Source: Octopus sinensis (lineage: Eukaryota). From it: a stretch of 29,569 bases of DNA. A program made the translations under genes and the position numbers. The stretch spans positions 1-29,569 of the forward strand of contig NW_021832949.1 of the NCBI RefSeq assembly GCF_006345805.1, read 5' to 3'. The notes under the pieces are model-generated. The model saw only the letters and a list, made by a program, of their open reading frames with translations, was not told the origin of the DNA and ran no database searches. Below, piece by piece: positions 10,346-19,734 of this stretch. Each line of letters begins with the position of its first letter. Within the stretch, counting starts at the first letter, position 1.

Positions 10346-10985
10346 ACTTAAATATGTGTGTATGTGCATTTGTACATATGTGTGTGTGTGTGTTTTGTAT
10401 ATATATATATATATATATCTTGTTCTCCTTCCCTACCATTCACTAATGTGTATGTCAATCTGTATAGGTCTATGCATGTCTCTCTCTGCCTGTCTCCATC
10501 TGTGTATGCATATGTATATGCACATCTATATATACATGTGTGTATCTATCTATGTGTGTGTGTTTACATGTATGCTTGTTGTGTATATGTGTGTATATAT
10601 ATATATGTGTGTGTCTGTGTATATGTATATGTTTGTGTGTGTGTATGAATTATATGTATATGTATGGATGTGGATGTATGTATGTATAACTGAATAGGTC
10701 TGTACTTGAGTGGGTTGGTATCTGTCTCCATCTATTTTTTTTTCTGTATGCATGTTCACAGTATGTATATGTATATCTGTGGATATGCATTTCATACATA
10801 TGTACATGTATGCATGTATAAACATATACCAGTATATATGCATGCACGCACACAGGTGTGCATATGTATTTGTGTGCTAGGTTGGGGGGAATGCTGTCTG
10901 AGCGCATTTTTTGAGTGCATGCATGTGTGTATATACACATATTTTTCTACAAGTAAAATTTAATTGTCTTTTGGACATACACTTT
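10346..10985. repeat. Compound (TG)/(TA)/(TATG) low-complexity tract
   Basis: Seen directly. It is the source of several spurious ORFs. Confidence 0.9.
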
Positions 10986-12051
10986 TTTAATATACATCAC
11001 TGGTAATGCCTTCCTGGTATATCACACAAATGTAATGCTTTTTTTTTTCACAAATTAATTGCACTCCATATTTGAGGTTCCAATGAAATTATAGGATGTC
11101 ATTCAGGTACTCAACTATGAGTCAACAGCACCATATAGCAGAAACTACTGTAAGCTAATGAAATTCATAACATAACCATAATGTTCCTATGTTATCTCTT
11201 TTGCTTATTACAGCATTATACTCATCTAACACTTTGTTCTGAAACATATGTATGTGTGTGTGTGTAATTAAAAACAGTTTTTGTAAAAACCTTCTACTAT
11301 GCTATATAAAGGTTGTCCACAGTTATTGGCTACTAGATATCACACAGTGGATATACACATCCGGAATTCCATATTATCCATAGAGTTTATATAATTAGAT
11401 AAAATCACTACTATTGTTTTGACACATTTTTACACTCATAGTACATTCGTGAGATGATATAAATAACATGTGGTGTAAAATAGCTTCTTGAGGTGATTGT
11501 TTTAAACAGGTACTTCATCAGATCATACTGTCATTTCATTCCATGTGAGAATACTCAAAGCAGTGTGCTATTTTCGGCAATTTGAAGATAAAATTACACC
11601 CAGAGATATACAGTAGTGACTGACAGAATACTATTTTTAAAAAATACAAAACAAAGAAACAGACAAAAAAAATTGGTCAAGTTCAGTATAAATTACAATA
11701 CTATCTTCATGGTCAGGTTATAAGCAAGAAAAGGCAGAACTAAAGAATAAAATTCAGTGTTTAGAGATAATAATGTGATAAAGTGATAAAGACTGGCCAT
11801 TTCTGTGCATATGAAGGGTTCCCTAGAAGGATCCAAATTACATTCTTGCCTTTTTCAACAAAACATCTGACTCGGTATACTTAAGGCAGCCTCTGTATAT
11901 AAAGTTAATTTATGGCCATCTAGCTTTTATATCTTTTTTTAAACAATTAGAAAGATAATTAAGTGGATAAATTCCTTTCCCCCAACCCCGTATGCATACA
12001 TATTCTTTCATATACCTACATACATGGAAATGTATATAGTTTTATATATAT

Positions 12052-12153
12052 ATAGATAGATAGATAGATAGATGATGATAGATAGATAGATAGATAGATA
12101 GTAGAGAGAGAGAGAGAGAGAGATAGATAGATAGTAGAGAGAGAGAGAGAGAG

Positions 12154-12185
<32 letters not shown>
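12052..12185. repeat. (GATA)n/(GA)n microsatellite at the 3' flank of the Tx1-like LINE
   Basis: Seen directly. Confidence 0.95.
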
Positions 12186-12186
<1 letters not shown>

Positions 12187-12641
12187 TGTTTCTTTATTAG
12201 CCACACAGGGCTGCACACAGATAGAACAAATTACAAGGTAGAGCTTTTCTTTTGAAGGTTTAAAAAAAAAAAAAATAAATAAATAAAAAAAAAAAAATAA
12301 TTAAAAAAAAAATAAATAAATAATAAATTAAAAATAAATAAATAAATAAATAAATAAAATAAAAAAGGGGGGGTCGATCAAAAGGGGTCGTAAAAGGAGA
12401 GAAAGAGGACAAAAAAGGGGGGGGGTTAAAAAAAAGGGGGAGAGGAAAAAATTGATCAATAGGGATCGTTATCACAGAAATGTCAATATGAAGTGTAAAG
12501 GGGAGGACAGGTGAGGTTTACCGTGGAAAGAAAAGCCTACGGAAAAGACCACGGTAACCTCGGTCAATGAAGTCACATGTATGTTTCTTTTATTTTTTTT
12601 TTTTTTGCAAATAAGCAACTCTCTGTATTAATTTTTACGGT

Positions 12642-15600
12642 TCATAGAATCATAGTCAAGGTGGCTTCGTCATTCATACGTGCCATCCTTGCTACATTCA
12701 CCCATCTTTTTTTAAAACATTCACTAGACAAAACTTGCCTCTCTACTCTCACTTTTTTCTTCAAGTGATACTTGAAGAAGTTGATGAGAGATTGACCAGA
12801 GAGGAAAGTGTTTGTCTCTAATCCTTTCAGACGCGTCCACCAGATACATTCTTTCGCCATAGCCACAAGTATGATAAAAATAGCTCTTCCTTCCCGTTTG
12901 AAGGAAGGAGGCGTGACGATATTAACGATAGACTCGGCTGATAAACCGACACGTCCCACACGTGACAGCAGTCGTTCGACATAAGCCCACAGGTGGAAAT
13001 TGCTGGACACTGCACGATTGCGTGCAGAGCGGTTTCGTCGCTCTGCCCGCATCTCGGGCAGGTCGGCCCCGTGTTTCTCGAGCCATGCCTATAGAGCTTA
13101 TCCCGAACGGGTAGCGCTTCTCGGTAGCACCGCCAGGCCAGGGATCTCTGGAAGTTGTCCATAGGTCCCGGGCCGAAAGTCGTTTGAAACAGGCGGGTCA
13201 GGTATTCCTCGTCGACGCCCAGGTTTGCCCCGAGCTCGTCGTCGTACCTCCCCTCCACTAATCCCCTATAGAATGCTTTGGTTGTGTTGAAGTCACTCAA
13301 GGTCGACCCGGGACGGCAGAGTTGCTTGAGAGCAACGCGACACTCGCGGTGCCATTCGCCCTTCTTCGGCCTCTTTTTGATCCACGACTGTAGTTCGGTC
13401 ATGGAGACGAGTTGCGGGAATGCGTGCCTCACAAACGGCGACCACACCTGTTCACCGTCGTCTACATAGAGCCGGAGATGTCGCAGTCTCAGCGCGTGTC
13501 TGCGCATCATCAACCACGGCATGCCCAGCCCTCCTTTTAACGGGTGTTGACAGCAAATGGATCGCCTGACCATCGGGACGCATCCTTTCCACAAGAAGCG
13601 GAAGAGAATGCGTTCTAGTTTGGTGATGGTAGGGTCGGGACAAGGTACGACGGTCAGGCGGTAGTAGATGATGGACGCGATGTACGCGTTCACACACCTC
13701 CGCCCGACCTTTTAGGGACAGTTTCCTCTCGGCCCATTGCTGGGCGAGAGTGACCACCCTACTCGTTATCTCGTTCCAGTTCTTCTCCATTTGGAGGTCC
13801 GGACCGAACCAGACCCCGAGCAACTCAACCGGGCCGTCTGTCCAGCGTCCCACGACGGAGGTACTGGTGGACGGCATGGGCTTGCTTCTCCAGGTGCCGA
13901 GCCGCAAGCCCACTGACTTTTCCCGGTTGATTTTTGCTCCTGTCACCGCTTCGTAGTCTTTCAGTGTCTCGCCGACCCGCTCGATGTGCTCGTGGCTTGA
14001 CACTATGACGGTGACGTCGTCCGCGTATGCAGACACGCTCGTCCCGCATCCTAATTCTCGCGGGATGCCCCTCAGAGTCGCCAGCTTCCGCAGTAGTGGC
14101 TCAAGAGTCAATACGTATAGAAGCGCCGAGAGGGGGCATCCCTGACGGACCGAACGTGCAATGTCGAAGGGTCTCGATAGATGTCCATTTACGCGAATTA
14201 CCGAACGGATGCCTCTGTACAAGGCAGCTATCCAGCCGCGGAAGACGGGACCGAAACCAGCCGCTCTCAGGACTGCCTCCAAGTATCGATGGTCTACCCT
14301 ATCAAAGGCTTTCGATTGATCCAAGTTGATCAGGGCCCCACCCATGCCAGGTTCGTTAACTACCCTGTCTATGATGTAGCGCATCAGATGGAGGTTGTCA
14401 TGGATGCTCCGGCCCGGCACGGCGCACGTTTGTGCGTTGTCGACCAGTTTCTCCATGACAAGCGCCAACCTCTTGGCTAACACCTTTGTCAAAATTTTCA
14501 GGTCTGCATTGAGCAGAGTGATTGGCCTAAAGTTATCTATAATGTTTCCCTTGTTTGGATCTTTCTTCAGCAGAGTTACAGCTCCTCGACTCACAAAACC
14601 GGGTATGCTCCCGTTTTGCTGCCAGTTGCAGTATACCGCTGCCAAGACGTCTCCAAACAAGTCTGGCATACAATAGTAAAATTCGTAGGGTAGACCATCC
14701 AAACCCGGTGATTTGTCCCTCGAGCATTCTGCCATCGCTTCCCGCACTTCCGCGCCGTGATGGCACCTTCGCAGCACCCTGCCTTCTTGTCGAGAGTCGT
14801 GGCAGGCTATGTAGGTAGGCACTGAAGTCTACCCTACGTCTTGCCCTCCACTCGTCCCGAACAGTCGGGCAAAATGCTGCTGAAAGGCCTCACACATTTT
14901 ACTTGGCTCGAGCAATTCGCGCCTGTTCATCTACCAGTGACCGAATGGTGGCTTTGTTGCCCTGTTGCGCCTCTGCCACCCGGGCCTCCTCTCGCGGCTC
15001 CAACACCTTCGTTCCTTAGAGCACGCATCCTAGCTCTGACAGCACATCCTTCGTGTTTGGCGTTGAAGTGTTGGTCGAGGGCCAACCTCGCCGCCAAAAC
15101 GTCGGATGCGATGCCGCTTCTAATTGCCTCTTCTAGCTTCTTAACTAGCTCACCCTCTACTCTATTTCTATCTATGGCTAGTGCTTTGCTGTACCTAATC
15201 GCTTCTGCTTTTACTGCTCTCTTGAGGGCAAACCACCATTTGTTGTTGATGATGGCTCCCGTCAAAGCCCTCTTTACTAGTGTGCTAATCCGGTCTCTGA
15301 AAACTTGTCTGGACGGGAATGATGCGTTCAGTTTCCAGTACCCAGGACCCTGTCTATGTGCCTTATCTAAATCTAGCGTACACGTCACCAATTTGTGATC
15401 CGTGTAGCTGACTGTGTGGAATTGTGGACATCCTAAGTTATCCTTGTCTACTGTCCTACACAGTATCCTATCTAGATACGATCTCGACGACCCACTGCGG
15501 TTGCTCCATGTCCACGTTGGTGCATTTGGGTGGTCGAGTCGGTACCTGTCAGACAGTTGGAATCGTCTGAGCAGGTCTCTGAGGCATTTGCATCCCCTTC

Positions 15601-16080
15601 TGTTTCTGTCTCTACCCACGTAGTCTACATGCGTGTCCAAGGTAGCATTCCAATCCCCCACTAAGAGTAAAGGACGAGACGTTCCCAAGAATACTTCTAG
15701 ACGTCGAAAGAAATCCGCTCGACCTGTTAAGGGCGGTGCGTAGACTGATACGAGTCGAAAGCGCGCACCATTGCTGCCGTCAACATCCAGAACGATCAGT
15801 CTACCCTCCGGGTCTATACGAATATCGTCTTGACTTCGAGATCCAGGCTCTTGTGAAAAAGTACCGCAGTGCCACTACCACCGCCCATCCTCGGCAGACA
15901 GGGAGCGAAATAAATGTTAAACTGTCCGCCAAACATGGACTTTAGGGCCCGTGGCTCGTGGAGTCTGGTCTCACTTATGGCTATGATTCCCAAATCATGT
16001 GACTTGATGTCATTTAGGAGGTATCCTTGTTTCCAAGGAGACCCCAAGCCACGCGCATTCACACAACCAATCTTGACCAT
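12642..16080 (-). CDS. Tx1-like ORF2 (APE endonuclease, reverse transcriptase, C-terminal CCHC zinc knuckle), broken by about 7-8 small indels
   Basis: EN motifs KIGCVNARGL, ISETR, VGDWNA, SYLDRI and TDHKLV. RT motifs KSPGLDGLPYEFY, FRPITLLNADLKILTK, LDQSKAFDRVDH, RQGCPLS and AYADDVT. Zinc knuckle CPRCGQSDETALHAIVQC. Stitched from track ORFs 15814-16080, 14927-15688, 13452-14822, 12827-13693 and 12642-13052. Confidence 0.9.
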
Positions 16081-16130
16081 GATTCTATGGGGGTGTGTGC
16101 TTTAAAACACACAAATGAAAGTACAGAGAG

Positions 16131-16718
16131 TTACTTACTTGTGTCGAAAGTTTTGGCTTCCTCGTTCTTTGATGTGTCTTCGAGGAGGTTTCTATATAGT
16201 TTTTGGGACAGATATTTCTGGAAACCCCCTACAGCATTTGGGAAGAGGGCTTTGAGTTTGTGGTGTTGTGTTTGTGTGATGTGTAGTATTTTGATGTGTT
16301 TGGGTGGTGTAGTGCGTGGATGATTGCTATTTTTAAAGTCATCTTCACAAATGTTTGTGTATCCTGTGATGTACTCCATTAGTTTGGAGTCTTTTGTGTC
16401 TATCGCTGATAGCATTGTTTTTGTGGTGTTGGTGCTTGTTTTGTTGTGTATGGAGTTTTTCAGGGTTCAGGTATCTCCCTGCTTTGGTTGCGATTTCTTG
16501 TTTGGTTTTTCTTGATCTTTTTCTTTTACCCCCTGTGGCTATTTGCCATTCTGTCGAACTTTCATCGTTAGATGAAAAGTCTGACGAATCAGCAGGGGGC
16601 AAGGGTAAAGCGTCTGGGTGTGTTTGTGCGGTTGTAGATATTGTTGTGGTGCGCGGGGAGGGTGTTGCTGGGGGGTTTGTTGTGGTTATTGTCTCTCCTA
16701 CATCCTTGGTGCTTGTCT
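16131..16718 (-). pseudogene. C-terminal remnant of Tx1-like ORF1 (Thr/Pro-rich then basic region, one frameshift)
   Basis: Open frames TTTNPPATPSPRTTT...WQIATGGKRKRSRKTK and MLSAIDTKDSKLMEY...DTSK*, stopping about 50 nt before the ORF2 ATG. Assigned by position and composition only. Confidence 0.6.
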
Positions 16719-16719
16719 T

Positions 16720-16765
<46 letters not shown>

Positions 16766-16810
16766 GGATGGATGGATGGATGGATGGATAGATAGATAGA
16801 TATAGATATA
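16719..16810. repeat. (GATA)n/(GGAT)n microsatellite at the 5' flank of the Tx1-like LINE
   Basis: Seen directly. Confidence 0.95.
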
Positions 16811-16920
16811 TATCCATTTATACATGCACACATATGCTTCCTACATACATTCTTTACTGTTTATATCAATATCAATATATGTTGGTTTGAAAGTCTAACC
16901 TACATACGAGGTAGTGTATA

Positions 16921-18150
16921 CATCATCATCATCATCATCGTTTAACGTCCGCTTTCCATGCTAGCATGGGTTGGACGGTTCAACTGGGATCTGAGAAGCC
17001 AGAAGGCTGCACCAGGCCCAGTCTGATCTGGCAGTGCTTCTACAGCTGGATGCCCTTCCCAACGCCAACCACTCCGTGAGTGTAGTGGGTGCTTTTTACG
17101 TGCCACTGGCACAGGAGCCAGTAGAGGCTGGCAAACGGCCGTGATTTGATGGTGCTTTTTACATGCCACCGGCATGGAGGCCAGTCAGGGTGGCGCTGGC
17201 TACGGCCACATTCGGATGGTTCTCTTATGTGCCACCAGCACTGGTATCACAGCTACAAATTCCATTGATGTTGATCGATTACGATTTTGATTTTCACTTG
17301 TCTCAACCGGTCTTCACAAGTGGTGTTTTGTGTCCCAAGAAGGAATGGTATGCATAAGTGGACTGGCTACATCCCAGGTAGAGGTCACGGGTTATGGACT
17401 CACTTGTCCTGCCAGGTCTTCTCACGCACAGCATACTTCCAAAGGTCTTGGCCTCTAGTCATTTCCTTGGTGAGACCTAAAGTTCGAAGGTCGTGCTTCA
17501 CCACCTCATCCCAGGTTTTCCTGGGTCTACCTCTTCCATAGGTTCCCTCAACTGCTAGGGTGTGGCACTTTTTCACACAACTATCTTCATCCATTCTCAC
17601 CACATGACCATACCAGTGCAAACATCTCCCTTGCACACCACAACTGATGCTTCTTAGGTCCAACTTTTCTATCAAGGTACTTACACTCTGTCAAGTATGA
17701 ACACTGACATTACACTTCCATCGGAGCATACTGGCTTCATTTCTTGCGAGCTTAGGCATATCCTCAGCAGTCACAGCCCATGTTTCACTGCCATGTAGCA
17801 TGGCTGTTCGTACACATGCGTCATAGAGTCTGCCTTTTACTCTGAGCGAGAAGCCTTTTGTCACCAGCAGAGGTAAGAGCTCTCTGAACTTTGCCCAAGC
17901 TATTCTTACTCTAGCAGTTACACTTTCAGTACACCCGCCCCCACTACTGACTTGGTCACTTAGGTAACGGAAACTATCAACTACTTCTAGTTTTTCTCCC
18001 TGGAATGTGGTGGAAGATGGTCTCTGCGCATTTTCAGTGTTTATTGCTCCTGAGCATCTGCCACATACAAAAACTATCTTCCTAGTTAGCCTTCCTTTGA
18101 CATTGCTGCACCTCTTATGTGTCCATAGCTTACACTTGGTGCATCTTATG
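16921..18150 (-). mobile_element. RTE-A, younger 5'-truncated copy (1.2 kb)
   Basis: Starts (CAT)6CGTTTAACGTCCGCTTTCCATGCTAGCATGGG (reverse complement of the terminus). Encodes RCTKCKLWTHKRC...FRYL...TKGFSLRVKGRLYDACVRTAMLHGSETW. Roughly 90% identical by eye to the reverse complement of 21480-22712. Confidence 0.95.
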
Positions 18151-18619
18151 ATTTTTATGAATATACGCATATATGACTCTATTTATATATATTTCTTACA
18201 TATGCTCTTACTATTATAGAACCAGATATGTCAATAAAAAACTCGATCACCCACCCCTATCATATAAACAATATATTCAATTGAACTTCAAGACTTTCAG
18301 CAAATAAGATGATATTTAACTTGCATGCAGATTACTACAAATTAAATACATACCTAACAATAATCTAGTTAATGAATATAGCAACATGAATAATAGCACT
18401 AGATGATACTGTAGTAGGAGAAATAATAGACACAAAGTAGATGACAGTGACTATCTTAACCCAAGAAAGAAAAAACAGTATAATAAATAAAGCTAAAGTA
18501 GAAAATAGGATTAACCAGAATATTAATTATAAGTGTAACTGGAATTCCTTAGATAATGAACTTACCACAGATTATACTAATCATAATAAACCGAACAATA
18601 AATATAAAAAACACAAAGC

Positions 18620-19505
18620 TTTGTAGCAAAATCCAATTTTCAGATTACATGTATCATCCAAGATTACTTTTCTGCATTGAGTAAACACTTTCCTAAATCT
18701 AGTACCACAAGATTAAAACTTGTACCATAGTTGTATAAATAGAAATTATTGTATGCAACATGTAATAACAAAATACTACATTCATATACTCAATAACAGG
18801 AAGCTAAACCAGGAGATTACTAACACCATTAGTGGTGGTAGAGCTAGATATAATCCCTCAAATAAGAATTACAATAGTATGAATGAAAGTAATCAAGCCC
18901 ATCCAAATAATTCTGATATAAACAATAATATAGATGATAGCAAAAATAATATGAGTAATAATGGAATATACTAAAAATTTCAATAATAGTAGTACGATGA
19001 ACAGCAACAATGAGAGCAATGAATGCAATATCAACAGCACTAATAATAACCACAGAAACAATACAGGAAATATTAGAAATAGATTACTGAATAGAAAATA
19101 GTGCTACCAAACAGAAAATAGTGTGGGAGAGAACTGTAATTTTAAGAAGAGGAATGCATGTTGCCTGGGAAATGAATGCCTACATTAGAACATAATATGC
19201 GAATGAACATGAGCAGATGTATTTGTATACATTGGTGCAACTGCAAAATGCTTCAAACATTAATATTAAAATCACAGTGCATCGAACAAGAAACACTGCA
19301 CATCACTCACTGACATGGTCTGGAAATTTAAGGAAGGAAAGGTGCAATACATCACTTGGACAAAGATAAAAAAAAAACATATATCCATGCATTACATTTT
19401 CGAGATCTTGTAATCCTTAACTGAGAAGGCACTATGCATTTTAATGTGTACAGATAAACTTTTGAATAGGCACTCCAAAACAGTTATCGGATGCAATCAT
19501 AGGTT
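18620..19505 (+). pseudogene. Highly decayed Penelope-like element, 3' part (thumb/linker plus GIY-YIG endonuclease)
   Basis: Collinear remnants of the intact PLE at 27682-29541: NPIF...SKI and SKHFPK (~18630-18697); YHSCIN; CNFKKRNACCLGNECL (19135-19179, versus CNCPDKTTCPLNNNCL); YIGATAKCFK (19228-19257, versus YIGMTSNSFK); TSLTDMVWK (versus TTLAAHIWY); and TEKALCIL...LLNRHS...CNH. Confidence 0.75.
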
Positions 19506-19685
19506 AAATGCTCATTTTTGCAGTCTGGTAAAAGAACAGAAATATTTAAAATTTATTGATGCAATCTGCTTATTCTAATTAAATTTTTCTTTATCATATT
19601 GCTTTTATTTAGCGCTTTTTTAAAAATAGTTAAATGTATGTAAGGAGCATATATGTGTGTACATATGAACAATAACTTGTGTCTA

Positions 19686-19716
<31 letters not shown>

Positions 19717-19734
19717 ATATTATATATATATATA

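Larger units (their letters stand above)
12186..16718 (-). mobile_element. L1/Tx1-clade non-LTR retrotransposon, 5'-truncated within ORF1, embedded in a (GATA)n/(TATC)n array
   Basis: ORF1 C-terminal remnant, then APE-RT-CCHC ORF2, then a ~450-bp 3'UTR ending AATAAAGAAACATATCTATCTATC. Both junctions run directly into (TATC)n. Confidence 0.9.

Noticed and set aside
10990-12000. Additional host exons in unique AT-rich sequence
   Set aside because: I found no splice-bounded open frame with EGF, kelch, PSI or CUB character on either strand.
12365-12450. G-run cluster as a G-quadruplex
   Set aside because: The loops are long, it is on the antisense strand of the Tx1 3'UTR, and the surrounding homopolymers look like low-quality consensus.
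13278-16723. Plus-strand ORFs overlapping the Tx1 element, and antisense ORFs over RTE-B and the PLE (e.g. 27786-28421, 29205-29486)
   Set aside because: These are shadow frames of GC-richer TE coding sequence with no recognisable motifs.
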